From: Vicinamibacteria bacterium
Lineage (GTDB): Bacteria > Acidobacteriota > Vicinamibacteria > Marinacidobacterales > Marinacidobacteraceae
DNA: 64,000 nucleotides
Direction of reading: 5' to 3'
Assembly (NCBI GenBank): GCA_963668695.2
Contig: CAXXLQ010000004.1
Location: forward strand, 2,688,001 to 2,752,000
The number at the start of each line of letters is the position of its first letter. The stretch's first letter is position 1. Position numbers and translations under genes: made by a program. Below are positions 1-10,533 of this stretch, one piece after another. Under the pieces are notes generated by a model. That model saw nothing but the letters and a program-made list of their open reading frames with translations. It ran no database searches and had not been told where the DNA came from.

Positions 1-115
1 GAACGCGGTGGTGGACGCCCTCTGGCATCTCGGGGTGCGCCACGTCGAGATCCCCATGACCCCGGCGCGCGTCTGGAACATTCTGAACGAACACGGCGCC
101 GCCGCGACCCGGTAG
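1..115 (+). CDS. 3' end of molybdopterin-binding large subunit (CoxL/xanthine dehydrogenase family), partial
   Basis: Frame from nt 2 reads NAVVDALWHLGVRHVEIPMTPARVW...TAG(113-115), typical of the family C-terminus; followed by xdhC-like gene. Confidence 0.8.
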   Translation, partial: NAVVDALWHLGVRHVEIPMTPARVWNILNEHGAAATR

Positions 116-136
116 CCACCCGAAGCGGCTGCCAGC

Positions 137-1090
137 GTGAGCGGCGGGCCGACGGATGTCCTCGCCGCGGCAGCCCGTCTTCATCGCGACGGTGTGCCGT
201 TCGTGCTGGCGACGGTGGTCCGGGCGGAACGACCGACTTCGGCGCGGCCGGGAGCGAAAGCGATCGTTACCGGCGACGGGCAGTTTCAGGGTTTCGTCGG
301 GGGTACATGCGTCAAACCGGCGGTTCGCCGGGAATCCCTGCGGGCGCTCGCCGACGGAGCTCCCCGGCTGCTGCGCATCTCGCCCGATAGCCCTCCGGAA
401 GGCGCCGAAGCCGAGGAGGGGGTACTCGAGGAACACATGGCCTGTGTGAGCGGGGGCGCGCTCGACATCCATCTGGAGCCCTACCTGCCTTCGCGCCGGC
501 TCGTGCTCGCGGGCAATTCGCCCATCGTGGAAGCGCTGGCGGCGCTCGGTGAGACGCTTGGTATGGACGTGCGAACCGCCGGAGCGGACGAGGACCTGGC
601 AGCAGCCGCGGAGGGAGCCTTCGTGGTGGTTGCCGGCCACGGGGAAGGGGAATGGCAGGCGCTGAAGGCCGGACTCGCTGGTGGACGCGCCCGCTACGTG
701 GGTCTCGTGGCCAGTCCCCGCCGGGCGGCAGCCGTGCGCGAGCGTCTCATGGGAATGGGCGTTTCCGCCGAGGACGCCGCACGACTCCGTTCTCCCGCCG
801 GCCTCGACATCGGCGCTGAAACTCCGGGAGAGATCGCCCTCAGCATCCTCGCGCAGATCGTCGAGGACCGCCGCTCGGCTGACGAGGCGCAAGTGGCCCC
901 GGAAGAGCACGCCCCGTCCCCCGCGGTCGGTATCTCGCTGGAACTTCCGGCGAACGACCTCGCGGTGGACCCGATCTGCGGAATGACCGTGTCCCGGGAC
1001 TCGCCCCACCGCGTGGAGTCCGGAGGGCAGACCTACTGGTTCTGCTGCGCCGGCTGCGCCGAGACTTTCGCCGCTCAGGCCGGAGGGTGA
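137..1090 (+). CDS. XdhC/CoxF family Mo-cofactor maturation protein with C-terminal YHS domain
   Basis: GFVGGTC, ACVSGG, SPAGLDIGAETPGEIALSILAQ motifs; C-terminal DPICGM...YWFCCAGC. Confidence 0.9.
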   Translation: MSGGPTDVLAAAARLHRDGVPFVLATVVRAERPTSARPGAKAIVTGDGQFQGFVGGTCVKPAVRRESLRALADGAPRLLRISPDSPPEGAEAEEGVLEEHMACVSGGALDIHLEPYLPSRRLVLAGNSPIVEALAALGETLGMDVRTAGADEDLAAAAEGAFVVVAGHGEGEWQALKAGLAGGRARYVGLVASPRRAAAVRERLMGMGVSAEDAARLRSPAGLDIGAETPGEIALSILAQIVEDRRSADEAQVAPEEHAPSPAVGISLELPANDLAVDPICGMTVSRDSPHRVESGGQTYWFCCAGCAETFAAQAGG

Positions 1091-1191
1091 GGGACCGCCG
1101 GCCTCGGCTGGCGCCGCCCGCCGCAGGAGGCTCGTTAGTTGGAGCCAAATCGGGCGAAACGCGCGCTGTTTCCCGCTTTCGCGGCGCTTAG

Positions 1192-1370
1192 CAGCCTGTG
1201 GTGGAACCCGGGTGAGCGCCGAGGCCGGTGAGGCGCCCGGCTGACAAGGCGCGTGAGGGAGGAATACCGGGTGTATTTCGACCGAAACGCAACGCAGAAC
1301 GCAGCGAAGCGGAGTGGTTCAGCCGGGATGGATCGCCGGCCGAACGCCGCCTGGGTTTCACCACCGGCTG
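1192..1370 (+). mobile_element. 179-bp MITE copy 1
   Basis: Ends CAGCCTGTGG / CCACCGGCTG; TTAG at 1188-1191 and 1371-1374; homologous to the other copies. Confidence 0.9.
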
Positions 1371-1380
1371 TTAGGACGGC

Positions 1381-1857
1381 CTACTGGACGTCCGACCCCG
1401 CCATCCAGCCAAGGAACGCTCGAACCTGCTCCTGGACCGTATCCAGTGTTTCGGGTAGTCGCTCTTCGAGAGCCCGGATGCGTTCCGCGTCCATCAGGTA
1501 TCCGTAGACATTCCGAAACGCGTGTCGAAAAGCGAGATATTCCTGAAGCCGGGCCGCGAGATCCGCAGTGATCAGGGCCCGACGAACTCCCGGGATTTCG
1601 AGGGCCATGTCTGTCACGAGCTGCCTGTGCCACTGCTCGCCCCGGGGCACTCCGCCGTCCACTTCGTCCGCGATCCGTCGAAACACCCGTTCGATTCCGC
1701 TGTAGAAGTCATGGAGGATCGAACCCCGGGCGCGCAAGCCGTACGTGACGTCGTCGCGTGGCGCCGCTGCCGCCTCTTCGCGCAGGGCGGCGAGATGATC
1801 GAGTTCGTTCTCGATCTCGACGATCAGACGCCGGGTGATCCTCTCCTCGGGGGTCAC
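1381..1857 (-). CDS. HEPN (HepT-like) ribonuclease toxin
   Basis: LHDFYSGIERVF, P.GEQWH, FRHAFRNVY motifs; overlaps upstream MNT gene. Confidence 0.8.
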   Translation of the reverse strand: MTPEERITRRLIVEIENELDHLAALREEAAAAPRDDVTYGLRARGSILHDFYSGIERVFRRIADEVDGGVPRGEQWHRQLVTDMALEIPGVRRALITADLAARLQEYLAFRHAFRNVYGYLMDAERIRALEERLPETLDTVQEQVRAFLGWMAGSDVQ

Positions 1858-2189
1858 AGCGGAACGCCTTCCTCCCGGATCGTTCGCTGCAGGAACTCGG
1901 AGGCCGTTTCGATGGGTACCAGGTCGAGCCGGAAGTCGGTCATCGCCTGAGCGCGCGCGAACACCGAGAAGAACCGCTCAGGACGGAGGCCGCCGACCGC
2001 GAGATCCAGATCCGAGCGCGCGGTGAACCGCTTCTCGGGGAGGAAGGCCGAGCCGAAACCGACAACCCGGTCCGCGCCCTGGGTCAGGAGGAACTCTCCG
2101 ATCCGGCGGGCGTCGCTCCGCGCCTGCTCTCCGCCATCCGACGCGAAGCGGGTCTTGCGGATGTGTTCCAGCAGCACCTGACGGTCCAT
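1854..2189 (-). CDS. Minimal nucleotidyltransferase (MNT) antitoxin
   Basis: FGS...SDLDLAV.GL motif; 4-bp overlap with HEPN gene. Confidence 0.85.
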   Translation of the reverse strand: MDRQVLLEHIRKTRFASDGGEQARSDARRIGEFLLTQGADRVVGFGSAFLPEKRFTARSDLDLAVGGLRPERFFSVFARAQAMTDFRLDLVPIETASEFLQRTIREEGVPL

Positions 2190-2276
2190 GCTCGCCACTC
2201 TAAACCGCTTTCGCGGTCCCGTCAGCGGCGGTGCAGCCGCCGGGAACCAGACGATCCGTAGCGTAGGTCCATCTCA

Positions 2277-3527
2277 ATGCTTCACCAACGGCGCCTGGAA
2301 CCCACGCTAGCCTTGGCGGAAATGCAGGACAGATCCTGTCCGGCTCTGGTTCTGGCCCGGGCGGCCGCCTGCGGCGGCGGTTTGCTGGCGATGCTGGCCG
2401 GCGCCCTGTGGGTCGTTGGCTGCGGCGACTCGACGTCGCCCACGAGTCCTCCGCTGGGACCGATCCCCACCGCCATCCAGATCCGCGGCCTCCCGGAGGA
2501 GCCGTTCGAGGTGGGAGCGGTCGTCCAGCTCACCGCCTGGGCGACCTTCAGCGACGGCGCCAGTCAGCAGGTGGATCCGGTCTGGAGTTCGAGCACCCCG
2601 GCGGTGGCGAGCGTGGACCAGAACGGTTTCGTGTTTGCCCACGCCGGGGGCGAGACCCGCATCACCGCCGTCCTGGGGCCCGCCACTACCGAGGCGGGAG
2701 TCACGGTTGCGCCGGCGAATCCGGACATCTACGACCTGAGCGGGCAGGTGTTCAACCACAACGGCCGCCCGGTTGCGGGAGTGCTGGTCGTTGCGCTGGA
2801 CGGACCCGCGGCCGGCCGGGGGACGGTGACCGCTGGGGACGGCTGGTACACCCTGCACGAGCTGGAGGGGGATACCTCCGTTGCGGCGCGGAAGGACGGT
2901 TACGAGGAGGAGATCGGGCTCGCGACCAGGCAGTCGGGGCGGCTCCACTTCATGCTGGCCGGCGGTGACCCGCGGGAGGCGTTCGGCCACGGGCAGTGGA
3001 TCGTGGGTGACGAAATCCTGCCCGGCAGGTACTTCACCGATCCCGACCCCGGGTGCTTCTGGCAGCGGCGTGCGGGGTTCTCGGTTGGAGCGCTGGCCGG
3101 CGCGGCCGCGCTCTTGCCGTTCGACACCGAGCCGGATCACGATTTCATCGCCGGCAGGGAACTCCGTTTCGATTCCCGGCAGGAGATCGTGGACATCAGC
3201 CCAGGTGACGCGGCATTCCGGTCCACGTCGGAGTGTGGCGAGTGGCGGACGGAGCCCCCGCACGTCGCCTCGCAGGAGCCCATCCGTCGCGGGACCTGGC
3301 TGGTGGGCGCCCAGGTTCTCTCCGGCACCTATCGCGCGAGCGCGCGGAGGCTGTGCTACTGGGCGCGACTCGCCGGATTCGGGGCCACGCAGGACGACGT
3401 CGTCGAGGAAGGCCTCGTCGAGGCGGACGCGGGCGCGGAACTCACGGTCACGATCGAGGATTCCGACGCCGGCTTTACCACCGACGATGACTGCGGTCCC
3501 TGGACCCGCGTCGAAGACCCGCCGTAA
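2277..3527 (+). CDS. Secreted lipoprotein with Big_2 Ig-like and carboxypeptidase-regulatory-like domains; start uncertain
   Basis: Lipobox VVGC; WSSSTPAVASVDQNG Ig-like motif; duplicated W.VG..I.PG.Y...C.W.R C-terminal module. Confidence 0.65.
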   Translation: MLHQRRLEPTLALAEMQDRSCPALVLARAAACGGGLLAMLAGALWVVGCGDSTSPTSPPLGPIPTAIQIRGLPEEPFEVGAVVQLTAWATFSDGASQQVDPVWSSSTPAVASVDQNGFVFAHAGGETRITAVLGPATTEAGVTVAPANPDIYDLSGQVFNHNGRPVAGVLVVALDGPAAGRGTVTAGDGWYTLHELEGDTSVAARKDGYEEEIGLATRQSGRLHFMLAGGDPREAFGHGQWIVGDEILPGRYFTDPDPGCFWQRRAGFSVGALAGAAALLPFDTEPDHDFIAGRELRFDSRQEIVDISPGDAAFRSTSECGEWRTEPPHVASQEPIRRGTWLVGAQVLSGTYRASARRLCYWARLAGFGATQDDVVEEGLVEADAGAELTVTIEDSDAGFTTDDDCGPWTRVEDPP

Positions 3528-3569
3528 CGGAAGTCGGGTTCCGGCCGGGTCGGCCCGAACGGCGGACCG

Positions 3570-5969
3570 TCAGAAACTGACGTCCAGTTCGATGCCGATG
3601 GTCCGCGGCTCTCCGGCGCGCCCGAAGGCGCTGAAGAGCGGAACGCTCGACTGCCAGGCCCTGAGGAGATAGGCCTCGTCGAGCAGGTTCCGCCCGAACG
3701 CGAACACTCCGAGGGATCCCCGCCGATAGCCGAACCGGGCATTGACGAGCGTCCGTCCCCCGGCGCGGAAGCGCGAGTCGTTGTCGCGGTCCGAGAACGC
3801 ATCCGCCTGGGCCGCGATCTCGGCGTTCCCCGACCAGGAGTCGCCGAGGTGGAGCGAGAGCCCGGTGAGCCAGGACCACGCCGGCGCGTGCGGAAACTCG
3901 TTCCCCGTGAAGTCCCGCTCCCCGTCGCGGAAGTCGTCAAACCGGGTGCTCAGCAGTCCCGCGGACCCGTAGAGCTGCACCCGCGCATCCACCCAGTAGC
4001 CAGCCTGGGCTTCCAGCCCGCTGACCGTGGACTCTCCGGCATTGACGGTGACGGTGTCCACCGGGAGGCCCAGGTCCGTCATGACCCGCACCTGCTGGTT
4101 GGTCCAGTCGGTGTAGAAGACGTTCCCGTTGAAGAACCAGCGCCGGTCGGGCGCCGCCGCGCGCAGCGCGAACTCGACGTTGCTCGTGAACTCCGGATCG
4201 AAATCGCTCACCCGTTGGCTGAGGACCGCGATCGAGCGTCCGCCCGCCCGGTAGCCGCGCTGCCAACCGACCGAGGTGGAAAGTTCATCGCTCCAGTCGC
4301 GGGTGAGGGTCGCCTTGGGGAGGAAAGCGCGGTAGGACGCCTCCAATTGCTGCGGGGGGCTTCCCCCGGGAGGGAAGTGCGGCAGCGGCGGATCGGAGAC
4401 CACACCCTGGGTGTTGATGGTTTCCCGGCTCTCGTTGTCGTAGCGCGCGCCGAGCGTGAGGGTCCAGGTCTCGGCCAGCCCCAGGTCGAACTCGCCGAAG
4501 AGGGCCGCGTTGCGCGTCGCTTCTTCGGTGTTGAAGAACGAAGTCAGCACGAACCCCGGGGGAAGGCCGGCCAGTTCCCCGGGGCCCGCGGCATCTGCCT
4601 GCAAGGTATCGGTCAGGTCGGCGAAATAGAGGCCGACCACCCCGCGCCGCCGGCCCGGCCCCGAGTAACGGAGGAGGAGTTCCTGCGTGATCCACTCGTC
4701 ATCGGTCGTGTAGTCCAGGACCCCGGCGGAGGCGGGAGTCTGGTCCAGATCCTCGGCGCGGCGGTAGTCGTGCTGGTAGATGCTGGAGATGGATTCGAGG
4801 GACAGCGAGTGGCTGAGGTCGTAAGCGAGGTCCAGGGTCACCGCGTGGTGTTTTGAACCATCCTCGGCGGCGTGATCCGAGATGTTCACGCGCTCTTCCG
4901 GGAACCGGTCCACGTTGATGACTCCGTCGCCTCCGCGGCTCTCGGTCGCCTGATAGCTGAACATGCCCCGGAACCGCGCGGTCGGGTCGAAGCGCAGCTT
5001 CATCCGGACCGTGAGGGCGTCCCGGAAGTCATAGGAATCCTCGCCGCGCGTCGGGTTCGCGACGAAGCCGTCGCTCTTGCGATTGTCCACGGCAAGGCGG
5101 AACGCGGCCTTGCCGGCCACGATGGGAAGGTTCAGGACCGCCGAGGCGTGCGTCGCACCCAGGTTCCCGAGCCGGGCGCGCGCCCGCACCGAGGTCCGGT
5201 ACTCGGGATCGGCGCTCTTCATGACGATGGCACCGGCGAGCGCGTTCCTCCCCTGCTGGGTGGACTGCGGTCCCCGGAAGATCTCGACCCGGTCCATGTC
5301 CCAGGTGCTGAAGGGACCGAAGAAGGTGCCCTGATAGCCCTGGACGGTGGCGCCGTCCACCTTCACGCTCAGGAGGAGGCCGCCTTCCGCTCCGAAACCC
5401 TGCTGGCTGATCCCGCGGATCGAGAAGCCGCGGTTGTCCGAAGAGGAGTTCACGTTCGGCGTCATTGCCACCAGCCGGTAGAGGTCGGTGTCGGTGCCCG
5501 CGTCGAGTTGCGCTCCACTCACCAGCGCCACGCTGGTCGGCTCCTCCTGGAGGCTCCGTTCCTGCTGCTGTCCGGTCACCGTGACGCGCTCCGCAAAGGA
5601 CATCTCGAGAGGGATGCTGATGCGGACTTCGCCCGCGCTGCCCACCGTGATCTCGATCGTCCGGTCCGTAAACCCGCGGCCGAGCACCGTCAGCCGGTGG
5701 AGACCTTCCGGCAGCGTGTCGAAGCGGAAAGAACCCGCCGCATCGCTGGTGGTTTCCCGGATCTCGCCGCTCGCCAGGGTGAGGATCACGTCGGCGCCGG
5801 GAACGCGAAGGCCCTGGGGGTCCGTGACCTCGCCCACGATCTCGGCGTTCGCGGCGGCGAAGGCGGTCTCCGACGATGGTGCGACGCGTGCTTCCGGTGA
5901 CGCGGGCAGCAGGAGGGCTCCGAGCGCGGCGGCGCCGATTGAAAGGCAGCGCGGGACAAAGCGGAACAT
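3570..5969 (-). CDS. TonB-dependent receptor
   Basis: Signal peptide, carboxypeptidase-like domain, plug RVEIFRGPQST..GRNALAGAI, C-terminal Phe. Confidence 0.92.
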   Translation of the reverse strand: MFRFVPRCLSIGAAALGALLLPASPEARVAPSSETAFAAANAEIVGEVTDPQGLRVPGADVILTLASGEIRETTSDAAGSFRFDTLPEGLHRLTVLGRGFTDRTIEITVGSAGEVRISIPLEMSFAERVTVTGQQQERSLQEEPTSVALVSGAQLDAGTDTDLYRLVAMTPNVNSSSDNRGFSIRGISQQGFGAEGGLLLSVKVDGATVQGYQGTFFGPFSTWDMDRVEIFRGPQSTQQGRNALAGAIVMKSADPEYRTSVRARARLGNLGATHASAVLNLPIVAGKAAFRLAVDNRKSDGFVANPTRGEDSYDFRDALTVRMKLRFDPTARFRGMFSYQATESRGGDGVINVDRFPEERVNISDHAAEDGSKHHAVTLDLAYDLSHSLSLESISSIYQHDYRRAEDLDQTPASAGVLDYTTDDEWITQELLLRYSGPGRRRGVVGLYFADLTDTLQADAAGPGELAGLPPGFVLTSFFNTEEATRNAALFGEFDLGLAETWTLTLGARYDNESRETINTQGVVSDPPLPHFPPGGSPPQQLEASYRAFLPKATLTRDWSDELSTSVGWQRGYRAGGRSIAVLSQRVSDFDPEFTSNVEFALRAAAPDRRWFFNGNVFYTDWTNQQVRVMTDLGLPVDTVTVNAGESTVSGLEAQAGYWVDARVQLYGSAGLLSTRFDDFRDGERDFTGNEFPHAPAWSWLTGLSLHLGDSWSGNAEIAAQADAFSDRDNDSRFRAGGRTLVNARFGYRRGSLGVFAFGRNLLDEAYLLRAWQSSVPLFSAFGRAGEPRTIGIELDVSF

Positions 5970-6259
5970 GGCGGAACCTCAGCCGGGAAGACTACGCCAC
6001 GCCGGCTTCCTCAGAGGGCTTGGCAGGACGCCTGCAGGAAGCTACGGACGGTGCGGAGGTTCCCGCGGCTCTGGGCGGTGCGACGCCATTCGCAGCGACA
6101 TCGAAGGACGGCGAAACCGCCGGCGGCCAGCTGCCTCTCCCGGGGGTTCCGCCACGCCAAACACCATGGGTGTCTTGACGTTAGCCCCGTTGCCGAGAAA
6201 CCCCACTGACACAGTCGGGTTTCTCGTTTCTTGTCTTTCTGCCTCCGGGAGGTATTCGT

Positions 6260-9200
6260 ATGTCGAATCCACGGATCCGGCGTGGCGCCGGCTTTGCCGC
6301 TCTCGCCCTTGCCGCCGGGACGCTCCTCGGAGTCCCGGCTGCCGACGCCCAGTTTGCGCGCGCCAGTCTTGCCGGTACGGTCACCGACGCGGGCGGGCTC
6401 GCGCTTCCCGGCGTCACGGTCACCGCGACCAACGCCGATACCGGCGCCACCCGGGTGGTTACCACTTCGGGCAACGGGCGCTACGTCCTGAACGGGCTGA
6501 CTCCCGGCCCCTACAACCTGAGCTTCGAACTCTCGGCATTCCGTCCGGTCAGGCAGGACGGGCTCCAACTCGTGGTGGGGCAGGAGGCCAGTCTGAACGT
6601 CACCCTGGAACTCGGGGGCATCGAGGAGACGGTGGTGGTCACCGCCGAGGCGCCGGTGGTGGACGTGACCTCGAAGGAGGTTGGCGCCACGGTGACTACC
6701 GAAACCATGGAGTCGCTCCCGACCCAGTCCCGCAGCTTCATCGACTTTGCCGGCCTGATCCCCGGTGTGGTGCCCAACGTGGCCACCGCCTCCACCGCCG
6801 CCGACTCCATCTTCGTGAACGGCCAGGACAACAACAACAACTCGTTCAACGTGGACGGGGCGAACAACGACGACGACGTCATCGGTGGGAGCGCCGGAGC
6901 GCAGACGCGTACCGCGATCGAGGCGGTCCAGGAGTTCCAGATCCTCACCACCCAGTTCGACGCCGAGTTCGGACGTACCCAGGGCGGCGTGATCAACGCC
7001 GTCACGAAGAGCGGAACGAACAGTGTCCGCGGCACCGTTTTCTACTACCTGCAGAACGCGGGCCTCAACGCGAAGAACTTCTTCACCGAGCGCAACAATC
7101 AGGACCAGCCGGACCTGAGCTTCCAATCCGTCGGCGGCGTGATCGGCGGACCGATCATCCGGGACCGGTTCCACTTCTTCACCAGCGTGGAACGGCTGAC
7201 CCCGCAAGAGGGAATCGCCCGCACCTTCGAGACCCGCCCGGACCTCTCGTTCGTGACCACCGAGGACAACCTGCTCCGTAACCTGCTGCTGAAGTTCGAT
7301 TTCCAGATCAACGACAGCCACAAGGCGGCCATCCGCGGCCTCCAGGAATACTCCCCGCAGTACAACCAGATCATCGGCGATGCCACGACCCTGGAAGCGT
7401 CCCGCGAAGAGCAGGACACCGACACCAGCGTGATCGCCTCCCTCGACAGTGTGGTGGGCGACCGGGGCTTCAACAACCTGCGGGTGTCCTTCACCGAAGA
7501 GGACGTGGCGTTCGCCAACCCCGGGTTCAACAACAACGGCCAGACTTTCGAGGCGCAGCGCGCCCGCGCTGTCAGCCTTTCGCGGGACACCGTCGTCGAG
7601 GGGGCGAGCACCGTGGCCTCCCACCGTCTCAACCAGTCCTACCAGGTGGACGACACCTTTTCGATCTTCGTGCCCGATTGGGGAGGCGACCACAACATCC
7701 GCATGGGATTCAACTTCTCGCGGCGGTCGGTGGCGCGCAACAACTCTTCCACCGCGAACGGCCAGTTCGGTTTCGACACCGACACTTCCTGGAATCGGGA
7801 GGATCTCGCCACCTATCCGAACTGGTTCTCGGTACGCGTCGGGGGCTCCTCCGGCGAGAACGCCACGGTCCCCGACAACAACGTGTGGGGTCTTTTCTTC
7901 CAGGATGACTGGCAGCCCGCCGAGAATCTGACGTTGAACCTCGGCGTCCGGTGGGACAAGGAAGACCTGACCGACGACAACAACAACATCGGTCCACGGC
8001 TCGGCCTCACCTGGGATCCGACCGGAGAGGGACGGACCGCGGTCAAGGCAGGCTTCGGGCGCTTTTTCGAGCGGTTCCAGCTCGGCTTCTATGAGGACTA
8101 CTTCTTCGACGCCGCCCAGCTTCCCTTCGGGTTCACCACCCGGGTGCCGGGCGGGGGCAACGATCCCCAGATGTTCTGGGACATCGTCCACGGGAACGGG
8201 ATTACCTCGCTCAACGGCCTCCGGGACTTCGTCGCAAGCGATCTCGAGGCCAACAACACCGGAAGCCTCAACAGCCAGCCGACGGTGCCCTATCCGGGCC
8301 GGGTGACTCCCTACGCCGACACCCTGAGTATCGGCGTTCAGCACGAAATCCTCGCCGGCACCTCGTTCGGCATGGACTTCATCCACACCCGCAACCGCAA
8401 CGTGAACGTGGGGGCGGATCTGAATCCGTTCTCGCGCAGCCTCGGCGCGCGCCCGAACATCTCCATCCTGAACGGACAGCAGGTGAACCTCGGTTCGATC
8501 CGCACCTACCTGAACGCGGGCGAGAGCGACTACAACGGGCTGCAGTTCTCCCTGAGGCGCCGGTTCAGCGATTCCCCGATCGGGCGGATGAGCCTCACCG
8601 CTTCCTATACCGCCGCGTCCCAGAAGGGGAACGTGAACGCCGGCGGAGTGCCGGGTGCCCGCTTCCAGGCGTACCAGCCTGTGGTGGAACCCGGGTGAGC
8701 GCCGAGAGCAGCGAGGCGCCCGCCTGACAAGGCGCGTGAGGGAGGAATACCGCGTGTATTCCGACCGAAACGCAACGATGAGCGGCGCGAAGCGACGCGG
8801 TTCAGGCGGGATGGATCGCCGCTCGAACGCCGCCTGGGTTTCGCCACAGGCTGGTACACCCGGACGGGATACAACTTCGACACCGGCGAAGTCATCGGGG
8901 AGGCGCTCCAACTCAACATGGACGATCCGGCCAACACCGACCGCCCCTCTCCGTGGTTCCGCACCCACAACTTCGTAACCTCGTAGAGCTGGCTGGTGCC
9001 GGGAACTTCCTGGTCGGACAGCGCCGGGCTCTATGTGACCGGCATCTTCCGGTACCTCTCGGGCTCCCGTGACACTCTCGAGACGAACGACCGCGAGGAC
9101 AACAACCAGCGGATGGTCGCTCCGGCAGGGTCCTATAGCGCCAACCGCGACGCGGACATCGCCCGCAGCACCGACTTCGACGGCAAGATCAATGGGCTCG

Positions 9201-9418
9201 AAGAGCCGGACTTCGCCAAGCTCGACATCAGCTTCCGCTACGCGCTGCCTTTCGGCGACCGTTTCGAGGCCACGCTGCTCGCCGACTTCTTCAACGTCAC
9301 GAACCGCACGAACTTCAACCAGATGGGAAGCGACATCATCACCTCGGGCAGTTTCCTGATCCCGAGCGCCGCGCACCCGCCGCGTGAGATCCAGCTCGGG
9401 GCACGGTTCACCTTCTGA
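6260..9418 (+). pseudogene. Oar-like TonB-dependent receptor disrupted by MITE and an in-frame TAG
   Basis: ORFs 6260-8698 and 8996-9418 share a frame; removing MITE plus one GTAC restores FQAYTRTGYNFD...; TAG at 8984-8986; ends REIQLGARFTF. Confidence 0.88.
8675..8853 (+). mobile_element. 179-bp MITE copy 2, intragenic
   Basis: Perfect 10-bp TIR CAGCCTGTGG/CCACAGGCTG; GTAC at 8671-8674 and 8854-8857. Confidence 0.95.
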
Positions 9419-10371
9419 GTCTTTCCGGAATCCGGTTCGGCCGGCGCTCCTCCGCCGGCCGGACCGCCTCGTGGCTGCTCATCGCCGGATTCGCGGCGGC
9501 CCCGGTGTCGGCGCAGAACGGAGGTATCCGCGGGCGGGTGATCGATCCTGCGGGGAACCCGCTCGCCGGGGTGGAGGTCACTCTTGCGTTCCTTGGGGGA
9601 GTGAACCGGACCGTTTCCCTCGAATCCGATGAGCAGGGAAACTTCGTGCGCATGGGGGTCCGTCTCGGGGAGTACCGCCTGGAACTGAGGCGGGAGGGCT
9701 TCGGGCCGTACGACGAAACGGTCCGCATTCGGCCGGGGGCTCCGACCCGCGTCGGGGACATCACGCTGCATCCGGAGACTCCGACTGCGGTGGCGGCGGC
9801 GCCGTCTTCGGGCCGCGAGAGCTTGCGGGCCGGTCAGGAGGCGCTCGCGAGCGCAAACTACGAGGCCGCCGCCGCCGCATTCCGGGCCGAGACCGCGGAA
9901 CGGCCGGAGAGCGCGGAGGCGCACCGCCTGCTCGGCATCGCCCTTCGGCGTCTCGGGCAGGCGGACGAGGCGCGTGCGGCCCTCGAGCGGGCCACCGAAC
10001 TGGACCCGGCGTCGGCAGCGGCGTGGACCGCGGTCGCCGATCTGGAGGCGGGGCTTCAGCGCTGGGAGGCGACGGTGGCGGCGCTCGAGAGGGCTCTCAC
10101 CCTCGATTCGGAGTCTCGGGATCTCCGCTTCCGGCTGGGCGGCGCGCTGATGAACGCCGGCGATCTCGACGGGGCGGAACGGGCGTTCGGCGAACTGCTG
10201 GAGATCGTGGCCGACGATGCCGCCGCGCACTACCAGCTTGGGATGATCGCGCTGAACCGCGGCCGCAACGAGGACGCGATCGCGCACCTGGAGCGGGTCC
10301 TGGAACTGGACCCCGAAGGACCGAACGCCGAACTTGCCCGGGGAATGCTCGCGGTGCTCCGGCCGGGCTGA
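9415..10371 (+). CDS. Secreted TPR protein with carboxypeptidase-regulatory-like domain; CTG 9415 or GTG 9505 start
   Basis: GRVIDPAGNPLAGVEV domain then TPR repeats; signal-peptide-like frame extends upstream to 9415. Confidence 0.8.
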   Translation: MSLSGIRFGRRSSAGRTASWLLIAGFAAAPVSAQNGGIRGRVIDPAGNPLAGVEVTLAFLGGVNRTVSLESDEQGNFVRMGVRLGEYRLELRREGFGPYDETVRIRPGAPTRVGDITLHPETPTAVAAAPSSGRESLRAGQEALASANYEAAAAAFRAETAERPESAEAHRLLGIALRRLGQADEARAALERATELDPASAAAWTAVADLEAGLQRWEATVAALERALTLDSESRDLRFRLGGALMNAGDLDGAERAFGELLEIVADDAAAHYQLGMIALNRGRNEDAIAHLERVLELDPEGPNAELARGMLAVLRPG

Positions 10372-10456
10372 GCGGGGACCACGCGCCCGAGAGATCGGCA
10401 GAGCCGCAGCACCGAGGGGTGGGCGGAGGGCGCCACCGCGGCTGGGCGGGTGGGAT

Positions 10457-10479
10457 TTGTGTCGTGACATCCGACACAA
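10457..10479. promoter_or_regulatory. Inverted-repeat operator upstream of vapBC
   Basis: TTGTGTCG-N7-CGACACAA, followed by TTGACA at about 10499. Confidence 0.55.
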
Positions 10480-10533
10480 CAAGTTCTACACAACCTCCTT
10501 GACATCACGATCGCGCCACGGGAGACTCCCTCG

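Noticed and set aside
1134-1190. Integron attC site before the TA cassette
   Set aside because: GTTAG is present, but there is no matching complementary box structure and no integrase
1253-1507. Short ORFs beginning MREEYRVYFDRNATQ (also 12962-13210)
   Set aside because: Translations of the MITE, not independent genes
6011-9376. 1121-aa minus-strand ORF and other long antisense ORFs (21689-24139, 32060-34375, 57123-59567, 61417-63795)
   Set aside because: Shadow or alternate frames of high-GC genes with no recognisable motifs
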